This document shows, in pieces, positions 1-13,897 of a DNA stretch of 64,000 nt (positions are counted from its first letter, which is position 1; each line of letters begins with the position of its first letter). The translations under genes and the position numbers were made by a program. This stretch comes from Octopus vulgaris (Eukaryota): NCBI GenBank assembly GCA_951406725.2, contig OX597833.1, positions 66,526,001 to 66,590,000 of the forward strand. The letters are read 5' to 3'. A model generated the notes under the pieces. The model searched no databases and had not been told where the DNA came from. It worked only from the letters and a program-made list of their open reading frames with translations.

Positions 1-94
1 ATTTCAATACTAAAGGGTTACAGTTCCCTAAATTAAAATCTTGCGTCAAAATTCCTTGTTCACTTATGTTCCAAGCATCAGAGTAATAACGGCA

Positions 95-580
95 ATTCTT
101 CAAAATTTCGAAAGAGTCCAGAAGCTGGCTACCCGCATGGTTCATGGTCTCAAAAATTTGTCCGATGAAGAAAAGCTGAGGACGCTCGACCTTTATTCTC
201 TAGAAAAACGCCGCCACCGTGGTGATCTCATTCTCGCCCACAGCATCATAAGCGGAAAGTGTAACCTCTTGAAAGAGCTGTTCTTCACTCCTGCTCCAGA
301 GCGTCGGCTGCGGGGTCATTCCGAAAAGCTCTACCTGCGACGATTTCATCTCAATCGAAGGAGAGGAGCTTTCTCCGTCCGGGTTGCGGATCCGTGGAAC
401 AAGCTGCCAGACGAGATGGTGAAGATGCCGACGACCGCTTTGTTCAAAGCCTCCCTTGACCTCAAGTGGCCTGAACTCTTTACATGAACACCACCCTGTA
501 CTTAACTCCATGTCCTCCTACATGGCCTTGCTATTTGCTTTTGAGCCAAATTAACTAACTAACTAACTAACTAACTAACA
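95..580 (+). mobile_element. 5'-truncated CR1-group LINE 3' end (RT C-terminal region, 3' UTR, (TAAC)n tail)
   Basis: ORF 41..487 gives FERVQKLATRMV..LYSLEKRRHRGDLI..LRGHSEKL..FSVRVADPWNKLP, matching the typical CR1/L2-group ORF2 C-terminus (LERVQRRATR..LE.RR.RGDLI..TRGH..FS.RV...WN.LP). A short UTR follows, then a (TAAC)n tail at ~552-579. Confidence 0.9.
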
Positions 581-675
581 TTTCCAAAATTTATTGAAAC
601 AAAAGTTGAGCATTTCTATAGAATATATGTCAACAAAAGCTTAAACAATGTTGTTACAGATACGTATGTATCTCC

Positions 676-1490
676 GAATAATTCCTTCTACTATTGACAG
701 AATTTGGACCGAGAGTGTAAACCCAGAAGAAAAACCGCCAAGCTTTTAGTCCGGTGCGCTACCGATTCTGCTATCTCGCTGCTTTATGAGCCTTCCCGTA
801 ATCCTTTCAGTTATAGGCAGAGGACCTTAAATTTTGTTGGGGAACGGGTCTAGACGATTACATTAATCCCAGTGTTCAACTGGTACATATGTCATCGACC
901 CCGAAAGGATGAAATGCAACGTGTATCTCAGCGGAATTTGAACTCAGAACGTAAAACCAGAAGAAATGTTAAGCATTTCATCCGACCGCCTTTATATACT
1001 TTCTAATAGCCCTTCCTACTAAAGGCACAAGGTCTGAAATTTTGGAGGAGGGGGCTTGTCGATCACGTCGACGCCAGAGTTTCACTGGTAGTTCATTTGT
1101 AGACCCCGAAAGGATGAAAGGCAAAGTCGACCGCGGCGGAATTTGAACTCAGAACGTTAAGACAGGTGATATACCTATTTCTTTACTACCCACAAGGGGC
1201 TAAACACATAGAGGACAAACAAGGACAAACGGATTAAGACGATTATATCGACCCCAATACGCATCTGGTACTTATTTAATCGACCCCGAAAGGATAAAAG
1301 GCAAAGTCGACCTCGGCGGAATTTGAAATCAGAACGTAGAGGCAGACGAAATACCGCTAAGGTCGACTTTGCCTTTCATCTTTTCGGGGTTGATAAATTA
1401 AGTACCAGTTGCGTACTGGGGTCGATTTAATCGACTGCCCCCACTCCCCCAAAATGTCGGGCTTTGAGCCTAGAGTAGAAAAAATATTGC
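676..1490. mobile_element. Cluster of degenerate SINE family A copies (mostly minus; plus-strand fragment at ~1360-1487)
   Basis: Repeated GACCCCGAAAGGATGAAAGGCAAAGTCGACC and GGAATTTGAACTCAGAAC blocks, with two different tail types present. Confidence 0.85.
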
Positions 1491-1499
1491 TAAGCTGTG

Positions 1500-1628
1500 A
1501 CTACAAACCAACAACAACAACAATAACAACAATAGCAGCAGCAACAACAACAACAATAATAAAAACTACAAGAGCAGTAACGACAGGAATAAAAACAGTA
1601 ATAACTACAAACAATATCAGCAGTAGGG

Positions 1629-1659
<31 letters not shown>

Positions 1660-1775
1660 CAACAGCAGCAGAAATAACAATAACAAAGCAACAACAAAAT
1701 AAGTTACAAGAATAACAAAAATAATATTAATAACAGCAACAACAACAAGAACAAGAACAAGAACAGCAATGACAA
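1500..1775 (+). repeat. Imperfect (CAA/CAG/AAT)n microsatellite
   Basis: Seen directly. Confidence 0.9.
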
Positions 1776-2149
1776 TAAAATGGTCTAAAGGAATTACAGA
1801 TAAATTTGACCAGTCGATATGATAGTGAATTGATCAAAAAAAATCAATAATGAACAAAATCCCCGAGTCATATAATCAATAACCAATCAATGAATATTTT
1901 ATCCTTTTAATTATTGAACTGTGATTGCAAAATAAAATTAGAAAATAAATTCCCTTGAAATGGAACGAGAAAATCGGGTGAATATTTTGCAACACACGAC
2001 ATGACAGTAAATAGAAGGCGCTTCCAAGCAGTAGTCGCCTCATTTGCTAGAAATAGCAGTAATTAGGTCGTCTGCATATCATCACCATTTTGTCTCCACA
2101 GACTGTAATGGAGTCGACTATTGGCAGTGACTAGAAAACAAAAAAGCAA

Positions 2150-2360
2150 ACTACATGAAAGTCATGTACCTGCGTCTGCTTCCTTTTCCTCCGCTCTCGA
2201 TTTTTTCCTCTCTCCGACGAAGAGCCAAGCTCGAAACGTTATTTCCGCTGATATTTTAACATCTAAATATTTCTCTGAGCGTCAATCTAATGTGTTCTCT
2301 GTGATGTCAAACTGACCATTGTCTTTGTTCTTGTATTTTATTTTTGATTTTGTTATAAAT
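2150..2360 (+). mobile_element. Diverged relative of repeat family D with hammerhead-like motif
   Basis: CCGACGA-A-GAGC-caa-GCTC-GAAA-CGTT at 2214-2240, then TCTGAGCG and a T-rich end abutting (CA)n, the same layout as the copies at 19.1, 40.0 and 56.7 kb. Confidence 0.55.
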
Positions 2361-2373
2361 ACACACACACACA

Positions 2374-2445
<72 letters not shown>

Positions 2446-2451
2446 TATATA

Positions 2452-2577
2452 TATAATCAAAATAAGCAACAAGAATGACTCCGGTAATTTGGTACAATTG
2501 TTTCGCACAACATCATTTTATTAAATGTTGTAAGTATTACAACAGATTTAAGATTCTTGTTGCTTATTTTGATTATA
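2452..2577. repeat. 126-bp element with perfect 25-bp terminal inverted repeats
   Basis: TATAATCAAAATAAGCAACAAGAAT at 2452-2476 and its exact reverse complement at 2553-2577. Confidence 0.85.
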
Positions 2578-3177
2578 ATCACCCGACAAATTTTTATGGA
2601 TAACACCATACAAAATTCTGGTGCATCTGAATTAAGTACCATATTCATTCGAATCTAAATTTTTGCTGAACCTATACATATATATATATATATATATATG
2701 TATATATCTTCTGTTTTTTATTGACACATACAATGTAACTTTTATCTTCTTCACGATTAATAAACTGTATTCTTTTTATAAAACGTTGCAATGGTCTGAA
2801 AAGATGATTGTCAAATGGCGCAACATCAAGAGTATAAAATGGATGAGGCAAAACTTAGTTATTTACAAGAAAAACATTTTTCTGGATGACGTAGGCAATA
2901 TATGGCTTTGCATTATCGTGTAAGAGCAACATCCTATTACGATTGACCAATGATGGGCGTTTTTGTCTGTAAATATTTGTGTAAAACTTTCAATTGATCA
3001 CAATACTCCCTCACATTAGCTATTTTGCACTGGTTTAACTCTATGTTGCAGACGACATCCGTCATATCCCGCCCAAACACAGAATATAAAATTTTTTAAG
3101 AGGAGACTTGGTTTGGAAATAGATTTTACCTATTTGATTGAATGCTAACCATTTTCGTTTTTGTTGAATATGATTAT

Positions 3178-3410
3178 GTATTTCTTTACTACCCACAAGG
3201 GGCTAAACACAGAGGGGACAAACAAGGACAGACAAACAGATTAAGTCGATTACATCGACCCCAGTGCGTAACTGGTACTTAATTTATCGACACCGAAATG
3301 ATGAAAGGCAAAGTCGACCTTGGCGGAATTTGAACTCGGAACGTAACGACAGACGAAATACAGCTACGCATTTCGCCCAGCGTGCTAACGTTTCTGCCAG
3401 CTCGCCGCCC
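3178..3410 (-). mobile_element. SINE family A, full-length monomer (tRNA-like head, Meta/MESC-like central domain)
   Basis: Head GGCGGCGAGCTGGCAGAAACGTTAGC, B-box GAGTTCAAATTCC, central GTCGACTTTGCCTTTCATC..GTCGATAAATTAAGTACCAG. 15-bp TSD GTTGAATATGATTAT at 3163-3177 and 3413-3427. The Meta/MESC assignment is from recall of that domain. Confidence 0.9.
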
Positions 3411-3784
3411 TCGTTGAATATGATTATAGTTTACCTTTCCTCACTCAAGATGATTCTACCTAAGAAAAATTCAATAGCAAGCCTGCTATCTAATGGCGAG
3501 CAGAAGGCAACCCATTGATTAAACTGAGACACATTCATACAATGATAGATCCACTGACTCATTCAAATACTTTTTGTAGTTCGTAAAGATGTTTTACGGT
3601 CAAGATGCGACTCGGACTGAAATGCTTTTCAAATTTTCTTACGGTTTGTTTTGGATTTTCTTCAACTAAATTTTTAGAAGCTCAAAATTAACTGAACTTC
3701 GTCGTCCAGATCGAGGGGAATCGCGAGAGGAAAACTCTCCGAGCGAAACTGGCCAAAACATTGTCGGTATGTCCAGACACTTTA

Positions 3785-4201
3785 GGCGGCGAGCTGGCAG
3801 AATCGTTAGCACGTCGGGCGAAATGCGTAGCCGTATTTCGTCTGCCGTTACGTTCTGAGTTCAAATTCCGCCGAGGTCGACATTGTCTTTTATCCTTTCG
3901 GGGTCGATAAATTAAATGACCTGTTACGCACTGGGGTTGATGTAATCGACTTAATCCGTTTGTCTGTCCTTGTTTGTCTCCTCAGTGTTTAGCCCCTTGT
4001 GGGTAGTAAAGAAATAGGTATTTCGTCTGCCGTTACGTTCTGAGTTCAAATTCCGCCGAGGTCGACATTGTCTTTCATCCTTTCGGGGTCGATAAATCAA
4101 ATGACCTGTTAAGCACTGGGGTTGATGTAATCGACTTAATCCGTTTGTCTGTCCTTGTTTGTCCCCTCTGTGTTTAGCCCCTTGTGGGTAGTAAAGAAAT
4201 A
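3785..4201 (+). mobile_element. SINE family A dimer (one head, two bodies)
   Basis: Second unit starts at GGTATTTCGTCTG (~4017). 17-bp TSD GGTATGTCCAGACACTT at 3766-3782 and 4202-4218. Confidence 0.92.
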
Positions 4202-4634
4202 GGTATGTCCAGACACTTAAAGCTTAATTCCCACAGCGAGAACGAAATATTTCTTACCACTTCTATTGCTGAAGACTTTCAGAATTCAGACAACATGCAG
4301 TGTCTGATATGTAACTGATCTAATCTGATTTTAAATGGGTAAAATCGATACGAATTTAACCACAATGGTATCGAGTAATCTATAAAGAAGGAAGACAAAA
4401 CGTAAAAATTAATGCTTATCTTACCGTAAGTATTGAAAAAGTTCCCTCCGAGTGATATGTCTATATATTTATAAAATACCTTTCTATATAAATTCACACA
4501 TATATACACACATATCCCAAGACTCTTTTCTTTATTTTTAAGCGTTAAACAAATACTTTTGATAAAACTTGTCCCTCCCGCGTTGTCGTCTTTTGTGCTC
4601 GTTGCCTTAATACATGAATACATATTTTCATATA

Positions 4635-6450
<1,816 letters not shown>

Positions 6451-6912
6451 GCCTTTCTGCTTTAGATTATATATTTATTTGCATTGAAAAATATTTGGAA
6501 AAGAAGAAGAAGAAGTAGAAAAAAAAAAAAAGAAATATTTGAAAAAAAATATTTGAAAATATTTGTTAAAAAGAAAAAAACAACCGGAAAACAACATCTC
6601 AACATAAGAACAACAATAACGCAAATAAGAAATACAAACACAACAACCGCCATAAATATAACAAGCAAAGACTATAACAACAAGAGACCTAAATAAAACC
6701 ACACACACACACACACAAACACACAAATACACACACACACACACACAAACACACACATAAACACACACACACAGGCAATATAATAGAAAGTATACATGAC
6801 TGCGAACGTTTGATGTAAGACTGATCCGTTATTGCTAGCAATGTCTCATAAACATGGCGGAAAAGTAGAAAAAAATTTCCCAGTGATATTGCTGAGACAG
6901 TAGTATACAATA

Positions 6913-6947
<35 letters not shown>

Positions 6948-7189
6948 CATGTGTACACACGTACATACATACATATGTGTGTTTGTATATATATAAATAA
7001 GTATATATATATATACTTATATATAGGGAGAAATACGTATATATATATAAATATATATACACACACGCATAGAAAGGTGGTAGATGGTTGAGTGTGTGCG
7101 TGTGCATGTGTGTGTGCGTGTGTGTGTGTACGGCCATAATTTTTAACTAGCCACTGGCACAAAATGTGTGCATGTGTGACTTCAACAAC

Positions 7190-7353
7190 ACCTACCACCG
7201 TCGCCGCCACCGCCACTACCACCACCACCACCACCACCACCACCACCACCACCACCATCGTTCCTACTACTGCTACTGCTGCTGCTACTACTACTACTAC
7301 TACTACTACTGCAGTTTCTGCTGCTGCCACTGCCGCTGCTGCTGCTGCTGCTG

Positions 7354-7416
<63 letters not shown>

Positions 7417-7417
7417 T
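7190..7417 (+). repeat. (ACC)n/(ACT)n/(GCT)n compound microsatellite
   Basis: Seen directly. Confidence 0.95.
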
Positions 7418-8247
7418 TGTGTCAATAATCCTGAAATTCCAATAAATAACTTCATCTCCCGGCAACGAAGTTTGAGAAAAATGTTTGGTGACAGTAAAAA
7501 TAGAAAAGTTGGATACGAATCGGTCATGAATTAAAATTTGTTTGCAAAGAAGTCGTTCAGATGAGAGAAGGGGAATAAAAGCAAAACCAAAATTTCAGTC
7601 GAAATGCAATAGTAAATCACAGAGGTTCGCTCTTAGATTTAATACACAAATAAGTAATAGCAATCATTTGATTTTTTTATTCTTATACCGTCCAGGGAGA
7701 TTCGAGAACAAATACACTCGTTGCTGTTGTGCACGTCGCAGGAGAACAACTTCTCCCTTTACCACTACAGTTTGATTGTAACATACTCGGCTCATAGATG
7801 TAAAAGATACTAGGACACTGGTGTTTCGGTTTTATTTTAACGCATCAGCGTGAAGTAGTCGGACTTCAAGTCTAAACCAGCTATTAAGATTTGTTTATAA
7901 TTTCAGCGATCAAGCTGTTTGCTTCCCATTGCTGATACTATTTGCTCTGTGTATATTGAGATCTATAACGATGATTTGTGTATTTATTCTCTATATATTC
8001 CGACAGATTCGAACGCCTGTTTGCTAGTCACTGGTGTGTACGTCTCATAGGAACAACTTTTCCTTTTTACAACGGCAGTGTATTCACAACCCACTCGGTT
8101 AACTGTGTGCAGATTAGACATAAGTACATACATATATAAAATATCAAATTGATGTTAACTAATTTCTACGAATGCGCTTTGTTTCTGGTTTCGACACATC
8201 CTCTTTTTTTATTAGTAAGAAATCTTACAAAGGCAATCAGAACACAC

Positions 8248-8341
<94 letters not shown>

Positions 8342-8735
8342 ACACACACGCACACACATTGCAGTTACGGCCAGAACTGTTACATTTAATTTTAAAAGCA
8401 GCAAGTTGAATGTAATAAAACAAATATTAAAGCAGAAAATTTTAGTTCGCCTGTTGTCAGTTCTAAAACACGTCGGATTCATTGAATATGGCCTCCAGCG
8501 ATTTATTGGATGAAACACAGGTAGAATGTAAGGGACCTCACAAGAAAAATAAAAAAATAAAAAATAAAAATAAAACACCAACAAATAGAGAAAAAAAGGA
8601 AATAGAAACGATCTTTGAAACTGGTGATTTACTGGGTTGAAGATGACTGTTATTAAGTGCACTTTAGTTAATCAGCAGGAGATATAATTAACAAAATAAC
8701 TGACGACAGGAACAGAGTTAAATAATACTGATACT

Positions 8736-8737
<2 letters not shown>

Positions 8738-8800
<63 letters not shown>

Positions 8801-8822
8801 TAATAATAATAATAATAATAAC

Positions 8823-8910
<88 letters not shown>
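8738..8910 (+). repeat. (AAT)n microsatellite
   Basis: Seen directly. Confidence 0.95.
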
Positions 8911-8912
<2 letters not shown>

Positions 8913-9569
8913 GAAAGCTATAAGATAATCCACAAGTTACCCGAGAAACAAGTAGCATTAGAAAAAATGGTAAAGGTGAATTTTAAAAAAAATGCCCGCA
9001 AAACAGAAAAAAGGAAATGAACTAAAGATAAAGATATGGCTGTGTGTTTAAGATTGTTTAAGATATTCACTCAGTAAACATGTGATTCGGAGGTCGATCC
9101 CATCTTATAGTGCATTACACAACACACAGGATGAATGAAGTTAGACAAAATAGGGAGTCAGCTTAAAATTTTAATGAGAAGAAAAGTGTCTTGACATTTC
9201 GAGCGTTAGTCCCTTATCATAAGAAACACAAAGAACAGAGAATGAAAAGCAGAAAAAAAATGCAAAGTGCTAGAAACTAGGTTTGAATGATGTTCTATAT
9301 GATGACGTGTGGAGAGAAGAAACGGTGTGTGGATGCAAATATGAGTGTTTCTGTGTAAGGAATCGGGCACGACATGTAAGATACCTGAATATAATAAAAC
9401 GGTTATTGGATTTCAGCGAACAAGATGTTTGCTGCACTATTTACATTTGACGGATATTAGTCCTCGTCTTGTTTGTTGTTAACACAACGTTTCGAAAAAA
9501 TATTTTGAAATTTCATGTTTTGTTGGTAATTATCGTCTCATACCTAACTGAGTACCCACGTGAATAGCA

Positions 9570-9900
9570 TACTCTTTTCTCTTTTTTTACTCTTTTACTT
9601 ATTCTATCGGTCTCTTTTGCCGAACCGCTAAGTAACGGGGACGTAAACACACCAGCATCGGTTGTCAAGCGATGCTAGGGGGATAAACATAGACACACAA
9701 ACATATACACACACACACATATATATATATATATACACGACAGGCTTCTTTCAGTTTCTGTCTACCAAATCCACTCACAAGGCATTGGTCGGCCCGGGGC
9801 TATAGCAGAAATCACTTGCCCAAGATGCCACGCAGTGGGACTGAACCCGGAACGATGTGGTTGGTTAGCAAGCTACTTACCACACAGCCACTCCTGCACC
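9570..9900 (-). mobile_element. SINE family B (tRNA-like head, CORE/V-like domain, internal microsatellite), internally deleted
   Basis: Reverse complement of GCAGGAGTGGCTGTGTGGTAAGTAGCTTGC..GGGTTCAGTCCCACTGCGTGGCATCTTGGGCAAGTG.., homologous to 33786-34230. Confidence 0.88.
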
Positions 9901-9964
9901 TATATATATAAAATATTAAGCATGTATATAAAATATTAAGCATGTATATAAAATATTAAGACTG

Positions 9965-10190
9965 TTTTATATTTACATTATTTACATTTGACGGATATTT
10001 GTCCTTATCTTGTTTGTGGTTAACGCAATGTTTCGGCTGATATACCTTCCAGCCTTCATAAAAAAATATCTTAGGAATGAGAACCCAGGTTCGAAATTTC
10101 CCCAAGACACCTGGAGGGTATATCAGTCAAATATAAATAATGTAAATAATGTAATAATTCCTCATCTCTTAAGTATAGAACTGGAGTTAC
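9965..10190. mobile_element. Penelope-like terminal-repeat remnant with inverted arms and a partial hammerhead
   Basis: Left arm (minus) reads ATGA-A-GGCTG-loop-CAGCC-GAAA-CATT. Right arm (plus) GACACCTGGAGGGTATATCAG..TCAAATATAAATAATGTAAATAAT is a deleted inverse copy. A further copy of the left arm lies at ~9438-9494. Confidence 0.6.
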
Positions 10191-10305
10191 TTGCTGATCA
10201 TTGCTGATATCTGCCAACCGCCCTTTCGATAATCGAACCCACAATTTTAAGACCGCGAAGCCAACGCTATAATCCCTGTACCACGCGGGTTCAGTCTCGC
10301 AAGAT

Positions 10306-11087
10306 ACCTATTTCTTTACTACCCACAAGGGGCTAAACACAGAGAGGACAAACAAGGACTGACAAACGGATTATGTCGATTACATCGACCCCAGTGCGTA
10401 ACTGGTACTTATAAATCGACCCCGAAAGGATGAAAGGCAAAGCCGACCTCGGCGGAATTTGTACTCAGAACGTAGCAGCAGACGAGTATTTCTTTACTAC
10501 CCACAAGGGGTTACACACAGAGGGGACAAACAAGGACAGACAAACGGATTAAGTCGATTACATCGACCCCAGTGCGTAAATGGTACTTATTTAATCGACC
10601 CCGAAAGGATGAAAGGCAAAGTCGACCTCGGTGGAATTTGACCTCAGAACATAACAGCAGACGAAATACCTATTTCTTTATTACCCACAAGGGGCTAAAC
10701 ACAGAGGGGACAAACAAGGACAGACATAGGTATTAAGTCGATTACATCGACCCCAGTGCGTAAATGGTACTTATTTAATTGATCCCGAAAGGATGAAAGG
10801 CAAAGTCGACCTCGGCGGAATTTGAACTCAGAATGTTAAGACAGACGAAATACCTATTTCTTTACTACCCACAAGGGGCTAAACACAGAGAGGACAAACA
10901 AGGACAGACAAACGGATTAAGTCGAATACATCGACCCCAGTGCGTAACTGGTAATTATTTAATCGACCCCGAATAGGATGAAACGCAAAGTCGACATCAG
11001 CGGAATTTGAACTCAGAAAGTAGCGGCAGACGAAATACTGCTAAGCATTTCGCTCGGCGTGCTAACGATTCTGCCAGCTCGCCGCCC
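10306..11087 (-). mobile_element. SINE family A tetramer (one head, four ~183-bp bodies)
   Basis: Four TATTTCTTTA(C/T)TACCCACAAGGGG units starting ~10309, 10487, 10671 and 10855, with a single head at ~11035-11087. Imperfect TSD GTCTCGC(A/T)AG(A/G)TA on both sides. Confidence 0.92.
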
Positions 11088-11539
11088 TGTCTCGCTAGGT
11101 AACGACTATATAACGGTTTGCTTTCACATTGCTGATTAGCCATATTTTCAGAGCCTTTATTTCATTAGCCATATTTTCGAACTCCTTATTTCCTTCTATA
11201 ATTCATCATCATTCCTTTGCATTTTCCCTCTTCTCTTTATTAAAAAATGCTATTCTTATCCTCCTATTTATCAGTTTCCTGGTAATCTCGATGCGATATC
11301 TAATTACTTCTTTATCTCAGGAAAACAGTTGCCATTTTTTAGGGGACTTTTGGTGAGGTGGAGTAATGACAGTAGTGGAGATGGTTATTCTAGTGTTCCC
11401 TAATTAATTTGTGAAAATACAAAAAAAAAATACAAAAAAAATGGGGACCTTTTCCCAATATTTATTTTCCAATTCTTCTGAAGTAATTACTGTAAAGTAA
11501 TTTTCTACGAGTGTGATTTCGCTCTGCTCTTTCGTGCTT

Positions 11540-11573
11540 CGTAATGATAATAATAATAATAATAATTATAATA

Positions 11574-11625
<52 letters not shown>

Positions 11626-11680
11626 TGATGATGATGATGATGATGATAATAATAATAATAATGATAATAATAATAATAAC

Positions 11681-11715
<35 letters not shown>

Positions 11716-11720
11716 TGATG

Positions 11721-11751
<31 letters not shown>

Positions 11752-11771
11752 TGATGATAATAATAATAATG

Positions 11772-11814
<43 letters not shown>

Positions 11815-11849
11815 TAATGATGATGATGATGATGGTGATGATGATGTTG

Positions 11850-11933
<84 letters not shown>

Positions 11934-12046
11934 TAATAACAATGATAATAGTAATGATGATGTTGATGATGATGATAATAATAATAATAATGATAATAAT
12001 ATTGATAATAATAATAATAATTATAATAATGATAATGATAATAATA

Positions 12047-12081
<35 letters not shown>

Positions 12082-12103
12082 AATGAAAATAATAATAATA
12101 GTA

Positions 12104-12175
<72 letters not shown>
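11540..12175 (+). repeat. Long (AAT/GAT)n microsatellite
   Basis: Seen directly. Confidence 0.95.
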
Positions 12176-12484
12176 TGATGAAAAAAAAGGCAGCAGTGAG
12201 AACAAAATGTTTGCAATCAGCAATCGCTTTCAAGATGTGACCCTTACATTTCACGCCTGCGCACTCTCACACCCGCCATCATACACAAATGCACAACACG
12301 TTTAATCACACGCTTATAGACATACTAACAACACACACGCACGCATATATTTACACACACACAACACGAGAAGATACACATACACAACAATAAATTTCAC
12401 ATAGATGCATATAAATGCGGATCCGGAAACATCAACACATAATCTCACAAATACATTTCACCTGCGCACACACATATGTACGAT

Positions 12485-13116
<632 letters not shown>

Positions 13117-13235
13117 ACACACATAGATATTACATATATGAAAGCATACATGCATGCATAGATATATGTGTATACACACACATACACACACAATAACCTG
13201 CTTACAGATAAAACATTCACTACACGAAACACACT

Positions 13236-13268
<33 letters not shown>

Positions 13269-13282
13269 ACACACACACACAG

Positions 13283-13319
<37 letters not shown>

Positions 13320-13470
13320 GATGACGGGCTTCTTTCAGTTTTTGTCTATCAAATACACGTACAAGGCTTTGGTCGGCCCGCGGCTATAGTAGAAGACACG
13401 TCGTTGAACCGAACCTGGAGTCACATGGTTGAGAAGCAAACGTCTTACCACACAGCCACGCATGCGCCTA
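13320..13470 (-). mobile_element. SINE family B 5' part, degenerate
   Basis: GACGGGCTTCTTTCAGTTT..GGTCGGCCCG..GCTATAGTAGAAGACAC..CTTACCACACAGCCAC. Confidence 0.8.
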
Positions 13471-13664
13471 TATATGCATATACATACACATATGTACACA
13501 ATAAAATGGATCGTCATGTTTGGAACGTCATTTCTCAAAAAAAGTCTTTTCGAACCTCAGTGACATGATTATTTCCAATGTAGACACAATTTGGCCGGTA
13601 ATTTGAAGGAATTCCGGTTAATCGAAAAGCCGATTAATCCTCACCTGTACTTAACTGTTGTCAT

Positions 13665-13866
13665 TATGCAGGAGCAGCAACTGCTGCAACAAGAACAACA
13701 ACAGCAGCAGCAGCAACAACAACAAAAACAACAGCAGGAGCAATAACATCATCATCATCAGCAACAGTAACAACAACAACAACTGCAGCAACATCAACAA
13801 CAACAACAACAACTGCAGCAACAATAACAACTACAGCAACAGTAACAACAATAACAACGGCATCAT

Positions 13867-13897
<31 letters not shown>

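Larger units (their letters stand above)
2770..4330 (-). mobile_element. Decayed mariner (Tc1/mariner, DD34D) transposase pseudogene interrupted by two SINE A insertions
   Basis: Manual minus-strand translation gives mariner motifs in the correct order: HIRHCMLSEF..EVVRNI (~4320-4240), QCFGQFRS..PRSGR (~3770-3695), LCVW (~3085), MLLLHDNAKPY (~2933-2900) and VLPHPFYTLDVAPFDNHLFRPLQ (2854-2785, cf. HPPYSPDLAPSDYHLFRSLQ). Stops and frameshifts are present. TIRs were not located. Confidence 0.9.

Noticed and set aside
3785-3870. tRNA genes at the SINE heads
   Set aside because: A and B boxes are present but no cloverleaf was found, and they are parts of interspersed repeats.
10306-11087. CRISPR-like or retrozyme-like array
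   Set aside because: The units are SINE bodies with no unique spacers, I found no CTGANGA..GAAA hammerhead on either strand, and the context is eukaryotic.
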